NCBI GenBank assembly: GCA_903823865.1
Contig: CAIJUJ010000027.1
Coordinates: 12,065 to 76,064, forward strand
Length of the DNA stretch: 64,000 bases
Direction of reading: 5' to 3'
Source of the DNA: an uncultured bacterium
Lineage (GTDB): Bacteria > Patescibacteriota > Minisyncoccia > Phycocordibacterales > GWA1-40-21
A program made the position numbers and the translations under genes. The notes below the pieces were generated by a model, which made no database searches, was not told the origin of the DNA, and saw only the letters and a program-made list of their open reading frames with translations. Numbering within the stretch: the stretch's first letter is position 1; the number at the start of each line of letters is the position of its first letter. Below are positions 47,876-58,418 of the stretch, one piece after another.

Positions 47876-50575
47876 TTAATCCCTACCTGATTTATTCAAA
47901 GCGCGCTTTAAGTATTTCCCTGTGTATGACTTTTCATTTCTAGATACATCTTCAGGTGTTCCTTTCGCTATGACTTCCCCACCTTTATCTCCTCCTTCTG
48001 GGCCAATGTCTATTACATAATCAGAACTTTTTATTAAATCCATATTATGTTCAATAACAATAACGGTATTTCCAAGACCAACGAGTTTTTGTAAAATTTC
48101 TATTAGTTTTTTTACATCTTCATAGTGAAGTCCGATTGTTGGCTCATCAAGAAAATAAATAGTTTTGTGAAGTCCTGGTCTATAAAGTTCTGAAGCGATT
48201 TTTACTCTTTGTGCTTCTCCACCGGAAAGTGTTGTAGCAGATTGCCCAAGTTTTAAATATGAAAGTCCAACATCATTGAGACATTTTATTCTGTCATAAA
48301 CCGCAGGCAAATCAACAAAGAAATTCATCGCTTCTTCCACCGTCATTTCAAGTATTTGGTGAATATTTTTTCCTTTGTATTTTACTTCCAAAGTTTCCTT
48401 GGTAAATCTTTTTCCATTACAAACATCGCAAGGTACATAAATTGTAGGTAAAAAATGCATTTCAACTTGTATGGTTCCATTTCCTTCGCAGTTTTCGCAT
48501 CTTCCACCTTTTACGTTAAATGAAAATCTATTTGCCGCCCAACCTCTTTCTTTTGCCAAAGTTGTAAGCGCAAACATATCACGAACAAAAGACCACGCAC
48601 CTGTGTAAGTGGCGGGATTTGAACGAGGTGTTCTACCAATTGGAGATTGATCTATCATAATGGTTCTGCCAACATATTCGGAACCAGAAAATGAAGCGCA
48701 ATTGTGCGTTTCGTTTGAGCGAAGTTTTCTTTCAAGACGTGCCTGCAAATTTTTATACAAAATTTCGTAAACAAAAGATGATTTGCCAGAACCAGAAACT
48801 CCAGTGATTGTGACAAGTTTACCAAGTGGAACATCAACACTCATATTTTTTATGTTGAATATTTTTCCGCCTCTAATTTTTAATTTCCCTTTATCTTGAT
48901 CTCGTCTTTTTTTAGGAATATCTACTTTTAAATCTCCACGAAGATAATCAAGTGTGATAGAACCCGACTCATTTTTCTTTGCGGTAAGAAGCTCATCTAA
49001 ATATCCGGAAACTACAACTTCTCCTCCGTGAACCCCAGCTCCCGGTCCAATATCAACAATATAATCTGACGCATACATTGTGTCTTCATCGTGCTCTACC
49101 ACCAAAATAGTATTTCCTAAATCTCTAAGATGTATAAGTGTTTTTATGAGTTTATCATTGTCTCGTGGATGGAGTCCAATTGTTGGTTCATCAAGAACAT
49201 AAAGTGCACCCACAAGACCTGAGCCAAGCTGTGATGCAAGACGAATTCTTTGTGCTTCTCCCCCCGAAAGAGTATTTGCGCGTCTATCAAGTGAAAGATA
49301 TTCAATTCCAACATTGCTCATAAATTGTAGCCGTGAATCAATTTCTTTTATAATTAATTTTGAAATTTCTATTTCGCTTTCGGTAAGTTTTAAGCTTTCA
49401 AGAAATTCTTTTGATTCAGTAATTGTTTTTGCAGTATATTCAACGATATTTATTCCGCCAATAAGCACATGGAGTGCTTCTTCTCTCAATCTTTTTCCAA
49501 GACACACTTCGCATGGTTCATCGGAAAAGAAATCTTTTGTACCAAGACCGTGACATGTTTCGCACGCTCCATAAGGTGAATTAAAAGAAAATAATCTTGG
49601 TTCGATTTCTGGATATGAATATCCATCATAAGGACACATAAATTTTACGGAAATCATTTTTATTTCCACAGGAGTTTCTATTTTCAATAGCCCTTTTGAT
49701 TCTTCAATGGCTTTTTCTACCGCATCAGAAAGTCGCTCCTTTATACCAGATTTTTTCTCCTTAAATTCGCTAATATAAAATTCATCAACAAGCACATCAA
49801 TATCGTGCTTTTTATTTTTTGAAAGTATTATTTGATTTCTCAACTTTTTTAATTCTCCATCTATTTTTACTTGCTCATATCCTTTTTCTAGCAAATCATA
49901 AAGCAACTGATAATATTCTCCTTTTCTGCCTACAACCACAGGAGAGAAAATTTTAATTTTGTCTGAACTAACTTCCACACCTAAAATTTCCTTTGATTTT
50001 TGTGAAGATTTTAAATGAGTGACTGTATGAATAATTGTTTCTAAAATTTCTTCTTTTGAAAGTTTTTTGATTTCTCTTCCACAAGTCAAACAATGTGGTC
50101 GTCCAATTCTCGCATATAAAATTCTAAGATAATCATAAATTTCTGTTATGGTTGCAACAGTTGAACGAGGATTATTTGAACGTGATTTTTGATCAATTGC
50201 AATCGCTGGAGAAAGCCCGCTGATTTCATCAACGTCCGGTTTCTGCATTTGGTGCAAAAATTGTCTTGCATATGAAGAAAGAGATTCAATATATCTTCTT
50301 TGACCTTCAGCAAAAATAGTATCAAATGCAAAAGACGACTTCCCGCTTCCGGAAATTCCTGTAACGGCAATCATTTTATTTCGTGGCATCTCAACATTAA
50401 TATTCTTCAAATTGTGAGTTCTAGCCCCTTTTACAATAATTTTGCCTGCCCCGTTTGAATTTTCACTAAATTTTGTTTGTGTCATAAAATTAATATTTAT
50501 TAAATACTTATTTATTTTAAAATTAAGATTATCCCTGAAAATTCTTTTCGGGGCCTTCCTTATGTGATTCTGCAC
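47876..50575 (-). CDS. uvrA: Excinuclease ABC subunit A. Start is probably the internal Met near 50485.
   Basis: Two ABC modules (GISGSGKSS..., GVSGSGKSS...) and zinc-finger Cys clusters. Confidence 0.95.
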   Translation of the reverse strand: MQNHIRKAPKRIFRDNLNFKINKYLININFMTQTKFSENSNGAGKIIVKGARTHNLKNINVEMPRNKMIAVTGISGSGKSSFAFDTIFAEGQRRYIESLSSYARQFLHQMQKPDVDEISGLSPAIAIDQKSRSNNPRSTVATITEIYDYLRILYARIGRPHCLTCGREIKKLSKEEILETIIHTVTHLKSSQKSKEILGVEVSSDKIKIFSPVVVGRKGEYYQLLYDLLEKGYEQVKIDGELKKLRNQIILSKNKKHDIDVLVDEFYISEFKEKKSGIKERLSDAVEKAIEESKGLLKIETPVEIKMISVKFMCPYDGYSYPEIEPRLFSFNSPYGACETCHGLGTKDFFSDEPCEVCLGKRLREEALHVLIGGINIVEYTAKTITESKEFLESLKLTESEIEISKLIIKEIDSRLQFMSNVGIEYLSLDRRANTLSGGEAQRIRLASQLGSGLVGALYVLDEPTIGLHPRDNDKLIKTLIHLRDLGNTILVVEHDEDTMYASDYIVDIGPGAGVHGGEVVVSGYLDELLTAKKNESGSITLDYLRGDLKVDIPKKRRDQDKGKLKIRGGKIFNIKNMSVDVPLGKLVTITGVSGSGKSSFVYEILYKNLQARLERKLRSNETHNCASFSGSEYVGRTIMIDQSPIGRTPRSNPATYTGAWSFVRDMFALTTLAKERGWAANRFSFNVKGGRCENCEGNGTIQVEMHFLPTIYVPCDVCNGKRFTKETLEVKYKGKNIHQILEMTVEEAMNFFVDLPAVYDRIKCLNDVGLSYLKLGQSATTLSGGEAQRVKIASELYRPGLHKTIYFLDEPTIGLHYEDVKKLIEILQKLVGLGNTVIVIEHNMDLIKSSDYVIDIGPEGGDKGGEVIAKGTPEDVSRNEKSYTGKYLKRALNKSGRD

Positions 50576-50626
50576 TATAATCAGTTTTGGTCATTTTATT
50601 TATTAACCCGAGAAAATTTTGATTGA

Positions 50627-50690
50627 CGCATTAAACTTTTTGTTTAATGCCGTAAAATCTTTGATTTTACATCAATCAAAACTTTTACGG
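50627..50690. promoter_or_regulatory. Two adjacent palindromes upstream of uvrA: gcattaaac-tttttg-gtttaatgc and ccgtaaaatctTTGATTttacatcAATCAAaacttttacgg.
   Basis: Seen directly. Lies 50-115 nt upstream of the uvrA start, in a 380-nt intergenic region. Confidence 0.35.
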
Positions 50691-50956
50691 GTAAACATAA
50701 ATTGCCCCCTGGTTCATCCATAGGGGTATATATAGAGTATATTACTCTTTATGTGTAGCTTTGGCAAACCCAGTAGTGAATTTTGACGTCGTTTTAGAAA
50801 TATTCTAAAACAAGTTCATCAATAATTAATTATACAATAAATTAAAAAATATCATCTTTCTAAATGTCAGGTAAATAAAAAATTTAATGTCAAAATCTAC
50901 TACTGGGCAAATATAAAGCGGGACCCATATGGCCCCGCCCTTTATTTTAATTTTTA

Positions 50957-51340
50957 TTATTTTAAAATCGTATCAATCTCCTCGACAATTTCGTCAGGAG
51001 ATAATAGTGCTTTTACTAAGAATTTTTTTGCGCCAAGGGATACGCCTTTTTCAACATCATTTTCCTGTCCAAGATTAGAAAGTATTATTACAACAGTTTC
51101 TTTTTTCTTTTCATCTGCTCTTATTGTTTTAAGGACCTGAAAACCATCCATTTTAGGCAACATAATATCAAGCAGGACCAAATCAAAGATTTGATTATCT
51201 TTTATCATTTTGACTGCTTCTTCTCCATCTGCTGCATGAAAAATAGTAGCATTATTATCAACAAGCTTTTTAGATAATAATTTACTTAATAAAATATCAT
51301 CTTCTACTAATAAAATTCTTTTCCCAGTAAAATTTGCCAT
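50957..51340 (-). CDS. Single-domain response regulator (CheY-like receiver).
   Basis: RILLVEDD...DLVLLDIMLPKMDG...KALLSP. Phospho-acceptor Asp present. Confidence 0.85.
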   Translation of the reverse strand: MANFTGKRILLVEDDILLSKLLSKKLVDNNATIFHAADGEEAVKMIKDNQIFDLVLLDIMLPKMDGFQVLKTIRADEKKKETVVIILSNLGQENDVEKGVSLGAKKFLVKALLSPDEIVEEIDTILK

Positions 51341-51414
51341 ATTTATATTATATCATAATTCGATTGTTAAATTATACTAAAGTTTAATAATTTGTTTTAT
51401 AATCACTAATATTT

Positions 51415-53373
51415 TTATATTGGTAAAGTAAAATAAAAGCTTGTTCCTACATTTTCTTTAGATTCAAACCATATTTTTCCCCCATGAGCATTAATAATAT
51501 TTTCGGTAAGAAAAAGACCAAGACCTGATCCATTTGGGTCAATTTTTTTTGCATTATCACTTCTAAAAAATTTAGCAAAAATCTTGTTTTGTTGATTTTT
51601 TGGTATGCCTATTCCAGAATCTTGAATTTTAAATACTATATTTTTGTTATCATTTTTTAAAGTTATTACTATTTTTCCACCCTCTGGGGAATATTTTATA
51701 GCATTGTCTATAAGATTTTGTACAGCAAGTTTAATTTTTTTCTCATCAATCTTTGCTTGTGGAAAATTCTTTGGTTCAAAATATTCGATTTTAATTTTTC
51801 TCTTTTTAATTGCATCTTTATAGTTATCTAGTACAGAATCAACAATCTTTTTCATATCTGTCATCGTGGTTTCGTGTAAATATGCTCCCTCTTCAATACG
51901 TGTTGTGTTTAAAAGATCACTGACTAAAACAATTAAACCTTCATTGGTTTTGAATGCACTTTCGACAATTTCTTTTTGTTTTTTATTAAGCTTTCCAAAA
52001 TCACCATTTTTTAGCATACTCATGGACCAATTCATTATTGAAATTGGTGTTCTCAATTGATGTGCAGCCAAAGAAACAAATTCTGTTTTCATTTTTTCAA
52101 CAGTTTTTTCTCTACTTATATCGTGAATAACAATCAAATGACCAATGTCTTTTTCGTTTAAATTCAATGGTATAACTGAAAGTTCTATAGTTAAATCTTT
52201 ATCCAAAATAAGTTCTTTTTTTAATATATTTGTTAATCCTGTTTTTAATGCAGAAACAATAGGTATAGCTTTTGAAAAAACTGATAAAGATTGTATTGGT
52301 TTTTTTATTAATCCATTTATTTTTAATTCAAGAATTTTTTCAGCTTCAGGATTAATTAAAAAAATTTCATCATGTTCGTCAAGAATGATAAGGCCATCAG
52401 AAAAACTTTTTATAATTGTTGCGGTTTTATCCCTTTCTGTTTCTACTTTCATACGATTATTTTCAGATTGTTCTAGCATTTCTGTTAAATTAATTTTTGC
52501 TTTTTCTAAGTCTCTTTTCTCAACAAAAAATAATCTGCCTACAAAAAACAGAGCTATAGATAGCAAAATTGCTACCACACAGATTGGCCATATCATTTCG
52601 TGTGTAAAAAGATAAGAACCAACGGACATGAGCGCTAAAAGCAGGGCAATTAAAATAATAATTACCAGGGCATAAATAAAAGCCTTAAACAACACAGACC
52701 TTATACCCATTAAATGATACTTAACAATGGCATAGCTAGTAAAACCTACGACAAATATTGTAGCTGGGGTGTCAAGATTGCTGAATTGGTTAACTCCCAA
52801 AGATGGGAGAACTATTATCACAAGTACCGCCCAGATACCGAATATTGCTTCTCCTAATAAAAAATATAATATTTGCTTTTTTCTTTCTTCATCAACTTTT
52901 TTTATAAATATAAATGGTACTGAAAGAGTTGTTCCAATAAGAAAAACCATATATGCCGTCCAAATATAAAAGAGTGGTCCAGAAACTGGCGCAATAGCGG
53001 TACTTGTAAAGGAAACGAGATTTTCAAATAATAATGGAGTAAAAATAATTAACACAAAAAATACTGAGCAAACCAAAGATAAAAATATTTGTAACCATTT
53101 ATTTATTTTTGTATTGCACAAGGCAAGAGTAAAATAAAGGCCGGTTAAAGTTACAATCGTTCCTATTGAGTAAGTAACTCTAAACCAAAATATATTCTTC
53201 TCAAATAGCATAATAAAATTAACAAGACACCACAAAAAGATAGCGAGACCGAAATAAAGAAAATTTTTGTTTATATTATCTTTTGAGTTTTTTTTGTAAA
53301 CATAAATAGCCAAAAAAAGATTGGCTAATCCTGAAAAAATTACAACGACTTTAACAATGGTGTCTTGCAACAT
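51415..53373 (-). CDS. Sensor histidine kinase with multi-TM (about 7 helices) N-terminal sensor, PAS-like region, HisKA and HATPase_c.
   Basis: H-box LAAHQLRTPISIM. G1/G2 boxes (QNLIDNAIKYS, GSGLGLFL). Confidence 0.85.
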   Translation of the reverse strand: MLQDTIVKVVVIFSGLANLFLAIYVYKKNSKDNINKNFLYFGLAIFLWCLVNFIMLFEKNIFWFRVTYSIGTIVTLTGLYFTLALCNTKINKWLQIFLSLVCSVFFVLIIFTPLLFENLVSFTSTAIAPVSGPLFYIWTAYMVFLIGTTLSVPFIFIKKVDEERKKQILYFLLGEAIFGIWAVLVIIVLPSLGVNQFSNLDTPATIFVVGFTSYAIVKYHLMGIRSVLFKAFIYALVIIILIALLLALMSVGSYLFTHEMIWPICVVAILLSIALFFVGRLFFVEKRDLEKAKINLTEMLEQSENNRMKVETERDKTATIIKSFSDGLIILDEHDEIFLINPEAEKILELKINGLIKKPIQSLSVFSKAIPIVSALKTGLTNILKKELILDKDLTIELSVIPLNLNEKDIGHLIVIHDISREKTVEKMKTEFVSLAAHQLRTPISIMNWSMSMLKNGDFGKLNKKQKEIVESAFKTNEGLIVLVSDLLNTTRIEEGAYLHETTMTDMKKIVDSVLDNYKDAIKKRKIKIEYFEPKNFPQAKIDEKKIKLAVQNLIDNAIKYSPEGGKIVITLKNDNKNIVFKIQDSGIGIPKNQQNKIFAKFFRSDNAKKIDPNGSGLGLFLTENIINAHGGKIWFESKENVGTSFYFTLPI

Positions 53374-53384
53374 AACTCTCTAAA

Positions 53385-53516
53385 TTATATCATATTTTTC
53401 TTTTTTTCTGCTATCTTTTTGTCTTTAGATTCTATTTTTTCTTTTAAAATTTTAATTTCATCACGAAGTATTGCAGCACTTTCGTCCCAGTACCATAACT
53501 TTGTTTCAGGACAAAG
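53385..53516 (-). pseudogene. In-frame remnant after the uvrB stop, encoding a second copy of the UvrB C-terminal helix.
   Basis: Reading past the uvrB TAA in frame gives ...WYWDESAAILRDEIKILKEKIESKDKKIAEKK-stop. The real uvrB end is ...FESAAILRDEIMILKKRIEDKIKPKETKRSKSRS. There is no start codon. The copies are diverged at DNA level but similar at protein level. Confidence 0.5.
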
Positions 53517-53529
53517 TTAGCTACGGGAC
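53485..53529 (-). repeat. 45-nt hairpin repeat, copy 2. It overlaps and supplies the uvrB stop codon. Copy 1 is at 14049-14093.
   Basis: Minus-strand sequence gtcccgtagctaactttgtcctgaaacaaagttatggtactggga matches copy 1 at 41 of 45 positions. Confidence 0.6.
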
Positions 53530-55586
53530 TTCGAGCGCTTCGTTTCTTTGGGTTTTATTTTGTCTTCTATTCTTTTTTTGAGTATCATTATCTCATCTCG
53601 AAGAATAGCGGCGCTCTCGAAATCCAAAATTTTCACAGCAGCGTTCATCTGAATTTCTTTTTGTTTTATAAGCTTCTTTGGACTTTTTTTCATCATTTCT
53701 TCATCTATCCTAACAAGTTCTTTTACAGCTTTATCATGGTCGCTTCTCATATTTTCAGTGATATCGTGAATTTTTTTAATAATTGTTTTTGGAGTAATTC
53801 CGTGTCTTTTATTATAAGCGATTTGCTTTTCTCTTCTTCTGTTTGTCTCACCAATCGCTCTTTCCATGCTTCCGGTAATGCGGTCAGCATAAAGTACCAC
53901 ACGTCCAAGAACGTTTCGTGCGGCTCGTCCAATGGTTTGAATAAGTGAAGTATCAGAACGCAAAAAACCTTCTTTGTCTGCATCAAGAATTCCGATAAAT
54001 TCTACTTCCGGCAAATCCAAACCTTCTCTAAGTAAGTTGACTCCGACTAGACAATCAAACTTCCCTTTTCTAAAATTTGTAAGAATATCAATTCTGTCAA
54101 TGGTTTTGATTTCACTGTGCAAATATTCCGCTTTCACTCCTTTTTCTTTTAAATATTCACTCAAATCCTCCGCCATCTTTTTTGTGAGAGTTGTTGCAAT
54201 GACACGTCCGCCATTTTTTACAACTTTTTCTGTTTCAGCAATAAAATCATAGACTTGTGAAAGATTTTTTCCTTTGACTTCAGTAATTGGTTTTACTTCT
54301 ACAACAGGATCAACAAGACCTGTCGGTCTTATCACTTGCTCAACAATTTTTTCAGATTTTTCTTTTTCATAATCACCAGGCGTTGCTGTTGTATAAATAA
54401 TTTGTCCAACTCTTTTTTCAAATTCATCAAACTTCAAAGGTCTGTTATCACGAGCAGATGGAAGTCGAAAACCATAGTCAATTAAAGTCTTTTTTCTTGA
54501 AGCATCACCGGCATACATTCCTCTGATTTGAGAAACTGTTACATGCGACTCATCTATGATTGTAAGAAAATCTGCAGTTCCGTCTGCTTTCTTTGGAAAA
54601 TATTCTAAAAGAGAGTCTGGGGCTTCTCCTGGTGCTTTTCCAGAAAAATGTCTTGAATAATTCTCAATTCCATTACAATAACCAACTTCTTTTATAAGTG
54701 ATAAATCATAGACAGTTCTTCTTCGAAGTCTTTCTGCTTCTAAATTTTTTCCTTCCTTTTTTAATTCTTCTAACCTTTGTTCAAGCTCTGCTTTAATACT
54801 TTTAAATGCTCTGTCTTGTTGTTCTTTGTCTGTAATAAAATGTTTAGCTGGGAAAATAAAAGTTGACTGAATATTATCTTGTGTCAAGACTCTTGACACA
54901 GAGTCTATTTTTGAGATTTTTTTAATCGCATCATTTTCAAAATCCAAACGAATTAAAATCTTTTCGTTTACCGGCATTACTTCAATAGAATTTCCGATAG
55001 CACGAAATGTTCCCGGTTTTATATCAGAATTTGTTCTATCAAAATGAACATTTATAAGTTTTATTATTATATCCTGTCGGCTAACTTCTTCTCCTACTTT
55101 AAGTTTCAAATTTACTTTTTCATATTCTTCCGGTGAGCCCAAACCATAAATACAAGAAACTGACGCGACAATAATTACATCTTTTCTCGTAAGAAGCGCC
55201 TGTGTGGAAGCATGGCGAAGTCTATCTATCTCTTCATTTATCATAGCTTCCTTCTCAATATATGTGTCAGTGACAGGCATATAAGCTTCAGGCTGGTAAT
55301 AATCATAATAAGAAACAAAATAATGAACGGCGTTGTTAGGGAAAAATTCTTTGTATTCTTGGGCAAGCTGGGCTGCGAGAGTTTTATTGTGGGCTATGAC
55401 AAGAGTTGGTTTTTGAATTTTTTCAATTACATTTGCAACTGTAAAAGTTTTTCCTGAGCCAGTAACGCCAAAAAGAGTTTGCTTTGACAAACCTTTTTCA
55501 ACACCAGCGACCAACTCTCTAATTGCATTCGGTTGGTCACCGGCTGGCTTATATTCGGCTTTAATTTTAAATAATTGTTTTGACAT
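53517..55586 (-). CDS. uvrB: Excinuclease ABC subunit B.
   Basis: Helicase motifs (GVTGSGKTF...), beta-hairpin region, C-terminal UvrC-interaction helix. Confidence 0.95.
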   Translation of the reverse strand: MSKQLFKIKAEYKPAGDQPNAIRELVAGVEKGLSKQTLFGVTGSGKTFTVANVIEKIQKPTLVIAHNKTLAAQLAQEYKEFFPNNAVHYFVSYYDYYQPEAYMPVTDTYIEKEAMINEEIDRLRHASTQALLTRKDVIIVASVSCIYGLGSPEEYEKVNLKLKVGEEVSRQDIIIKLINVHFDRTNSDIKPGTFRAIGNSIEVMPVNEKILIRLDFENDAIKKISKIDSVSRVLTQDNIQSTFIFPAKHFITDKEQQDRAFKSIKAELEQRLEELKKEGKNLEAERLRRRTVYDLSLIKEVGYCNGIENYSRHFSGKAPGEAPDSLLEYFPKKADGTADFLTIIDESHVTVSQIRGMYAGDASRKKTLIDYGFRLPSARDNRPLKFDEFEKRVGQIIYTTATPGDYEKEKSEKIVEQVIRPTGLVDPVVEVKPITEVKGKNLSQVYDFIAETEKVVKNGGRVIATTLTKKMAEDLSEYLKEKGVKAEYLHSEIKTIDRIDILTNFRKGKFDCLVGVNLLREGLDLPEVEFIGILDADKEGFLRSDTSLIQTIGRAARNVLGRVVLYADRITGSMERAIGETNRRREKQIAYNKRHGITPKTIIKKIHDITENMRSDHDKAVKELVRIDEEMMKKSPKKLIKQKEIQMNAAVKILDFESAAILRDEIMILKKRIEDKIKPKETKRSKSRS

Positions 55587-55649
55587 ACTAAATTAAAATA
55601 ACATAGAAATGATTCTTTGGCACTAAATTTAAACAATGAATAAAAAATA

Positions 55650-56102
55650 CTATCTTGTAGTAAAAGGCCCTTTATGCGTTCCTAAATATTCTGGTAATTC
55701 TAATTCTTGTCTACCATTATAATATTTTTTAATTTGTTTATTCTTTTGAAACAAAAACAGATCTTCGGTCGGAGTTCCGTCTATTTTTTGATATCTTATT
55801 CCTAAAGCTATCGAGTTATTTTTTGATTTTGGTATTGAAAAAGTACATTCAACCAAGAAGCCATCCTTATTTCGTATGTTTATATTATATTTTTTTAGCA
55901 GTTCAATAAATATATAGTAAGGTGGCATTTGCCCATCTGTATAATATTTATCAGTAATTGATTTTAATTCATTGTATGAATTATCCATTAAAAATATTAC
56001 TATACTAAAAATTAATTTTTTAAAAATGTTTGCCATTTTAAAATTCTTGCTAATGATTCGAAACTGCCACTTTCGGACCATGTTGGAATACCGAGATAAC
56101 AA
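55650..56102 (-). CDS. Hypothetical small secreted or membrane protein. Likely start is at MANIFKK, about 56036.
   Basis: Signal-peptide-like IFKKLIFSIVIFL. Confidence 0.4.
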   Translation of the reverse strand: MLSRYSNMVRKWQFRIISKNFKMANIFKKLIFSIVIFLMDNSYNELKSITDKYYTDGQMPPYYIFIELLKKYNINIRNKDGFLVECTFSIPKSKNNSIALGIRYQKIDGTPTEDLFLFQKNKQIKKYYNGRQELELPEYLGTHKGPFTTR

Positions 56103-56941
56103 TCATTTTTTAAATCAATTGCCGCACCTCCAGAATTACCATGATCAACCTTGGCATCGGTTATATAATAGTTACCATCAAATCCAGATATTATACCGTC
56201 CGTCACAGTAACATCTGTCTGAGATCCTATTGTTGGATAACCAATTATTAAAATTTTTGCCCCTAAATCTGGTAATACATCACACATTTTATCTTTATTT
56301 ATTGCTGAATTTTTGACATTCTCATCAGCATCATCAATTTGAATATATGCAACGTCTGGACCAGAATTAAGATAGTAAACGTTATTATTATTAATATATA
56401 CAGAATAAACTTTATCAAAAGGAACTCGAATTTGACATAAAAATGCGAGATTACTATTTTGATCAGTAATAACATGACGATTTGTAGCTAAACTAACTTT
56501 ACCAGCAGTATTTATACCTAGGGTACCAGAACCAGATTGTTGTTGATAAACAGTCCCATTTGGATAAGAAAACTGACAAGATAAATAAACGATGCGGGGA
56601 TGCCATTCTTTAATAATTGTTTGTAAATCATTATTTATTTTTGGTAAAGCATTACTATCTTTATTTATTTGTTGTGTTTGGATATTATTATCTTTAGAAC
56701 TACTAGCTGTAATAGATTTATCATTCGGTGATTTGTGTGAATTAACAGATATCAAAAACAATATGGCAATAATAATTATTATCCAAGTAGCTATTGCCAA
56801 CATTTTCTGACTAGCAACATCATTTGATGAAATTTCAGTCTTTTTTAAATTTATATCTATAAAATTTATTTTGCTGCCACAATTTTTACAAAAATTTGCT
56901 TTATTATTTACTTCTTTTTGTCCACAATTTTTACAATACAT
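56012..56941 (-). CDS. Membrane-anchored trypsin-like (S1) serine protease with N-terminal zinc-ribbon.
   Basis: CKNCGQK...CKNCGSK zinc ribbon, TM helix, then catalytic His (ATNRHV) and Ser (GNSGGAA) motifs. Confidence 0.7.
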   Translation of the reverse strand: MYCKNCGQKEVNNKANFCKNCGSKINFIDINLKKTEISSNDVASQKMLAIATWIIIIIAILFLISVNSHKSPNDKSITASSSKDNNIQTQQINKDSNALPKINNDLQTIIKEWHPRIVYLSCQFSYPNGTVYQQQSGSGTLGINTAGKVSLATNRHVITDQNSNLAFLCQIRVPFDKVYSVYINNNNVYYLNSGPDVAYIQIDDADENVKNSAINKDKMCDVLPDLGAKILIIGYPTIGSQTDVTVTDGIISGFDGNYYITDAKVDHGNSGGAAIDLKNDCYLGIPTWSESGSFESLARILKWQTFLKN

Positions 56942-56967
56942 ATTACGGAATATTATACCACTTTTAA

Positions 56968-58218
56968 TTATTTAACATATTTAGTCAAAAACTCCTTTTT
57001 ATATTCCTCAAAATTATCGTCAAAAATACTTTGTCTAATTTTTTTTACCAAACCAACAATAAAATGGATATTGTGAATTGAAGCAAGTGTTCCACCGAGC
57101 ATTTCTTTTCCATGAAATAAATGTGCTAAATATGCTCGTGAATAATTTTTACAAGTATAACATTCACAGTCTTCTTCAATCGGCTTCAAATCTTCTCTAT
57201 ATGTTGTATTTGTAATATGTATTTTACCGTATTTTGTGTAAATTGTGCCATTTCTTCCAAGTCGTGTAGGCAAAACACAGTCAAAAAGATCAACACCATT
57301 TTCAATTCCCATAAATAAATCTTCTGGCTCACCAATACCCAAAAGATGTCTTGGTTTGTCTTCTGGAAGAATATCATTAACCCATTTTACAGCTGTGGAC
57401 ATATCCTCTTTTGCAAATGAACCACCGATGCCAAAGCCGTCAAATCCAATTTCTTCAGCTTCACCTGCTTCGCCAAGGCTTCGCAGGACGCGAAGTTCAG
57501 ATATGAACTTCGCGGATTTTTTTCTCAATTTCTCTTCCCTACCACCTTGGACAATTCCAAACAATGCAACTTTGTTTTCTGTATTTAATTTGTTGTGTTC
57601 GCGAAGAGAACGCTCTGCCCAATTGTGAGTTCTTTCAAGCGCTTCATTTTGATATTTCAAATCTTCACTTGGTGAAGTGCATTCATCAAAAGCAAAAATC
57701 ATATCAGCACCGAGATTGTGCTGAATCTGAATTGATTTTTCTGGAGTAATATAATGTATTGAGCCATCAAGGTGTGAAGTAAAAGAAACTCCATCTTGCC
57801 CAACTTTTGCAAGCCTTGGTGCATCTGTATCATCAAATCTTTCTGGAATTAAAAGCGATGGATTTGTAATTTGTATAACTTTTGAAATTCCTTTTTTGTA
57901 AGCAACCCCGAGTGAGAATATTTGAAAGCCACCAGAATCTGTCATTGTAGGGCCGTGCCAATTCATCATTTTGTTTAATCCGCCCATTTTTTTGACTGTC
58001 TCATCTCCTGGCTGTAAATATAAATGGTATGTGTTTGCAAGAACAACTTGTGCACCAGCGTCTCTTACCTGTTCTGGATTTACAGACTTTACTGTAGCTT
58101 TCGTGCCAACTACAACAAAAGCTGGGGTTTCTATTTCCCCATGTGGTGTTTTTAAAATTCCAGCTCTTCCAAGCTTTCCTTTTAATTTCTTTTCTATTTT
58201 GAAGGTGATTGAATTCAC
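56968..58218 (-). CDS. tgt: Queuine tRNA-ribosyltransferase (tRNA-guanine transglycosylase).
   Basis: TIM-barrel TGT core. Zinc site CxCxxC...H (EDCECYTCKNYSRAYLAHL). Confidence 0.9.
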   Translation of the reverse strand: MNSITFKIEKKLKGKLGRAGILKTPHGEIETPAFVVVGTKATVKSVNPEQVRDAGAQVVLANTYHLYLQPGDETVKKMGGLNKMMNWHGPTMTDSGGFQIFSLGVAYKKGISKVIQITNPSLLIPERFDDTDAPRLAKVGQDGVSFTSHLDGSIHYITPEKSIQIQHNLGADMIFAFDECTSPSEDLKYQNEALERTHNWAERSLREHNKLNTENKVALFGIVQGGREEKLRKKSAKFISELRVLRSLGEAGEAEEIGFDGFGIGGSFAKEDMSTAVKWVNDILPEDKPRHLLGIGEPEDLFMGIENGVDLFDCVLPTRLGRNGTIYTKYGKIHITNTTYREDLKPIEEDCECYTCKNYSRAYLAHLFHGKEMLGGTLASIHNIHFIVGLVKKIRQSIFDDNFEEYKKEFLTKYVK

Positions 58219-58264
58219 AAAATTGATATTAGCATAAATGACTGATAGATTATAGTTCTGTAAT

Positions 58265-58298
58265 ATTACCCATTTACGCTATAGCGTAAATGGGTAAT
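58265..58298. promoter_or_regulatory. Perfect 34-bp palindrome attacccatttacgc-tata-gcgtaaatgggtaat upstream of tgt. A third half-site-like copy (atagcgtaat) lies at about 58318-58330.
   Basis: Seen directly. 47-80 nt upstream of the tgt ATG. Confidence 0.4.
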
Positions 58299-58330
58299 AT
58301 ATTTTTTTTTAATTATGCCATAGCGTAATT

Positions 58331-58362
58331 AAAAAAATACAAAAGGCAGGGTGTTTACGCCC
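58331..58362 (-). terminator. Terminator after the FKBP gene.
   Basis: aaaaggcaggg-tgtttacg-ccctgcctttt. Confidence 0.65.
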
Positions 58363-58418
58363 TGCCTTTTGTATTTGTATTTTTTTATACTATATTCTGT
58401 ATACTAAATACTATACAC

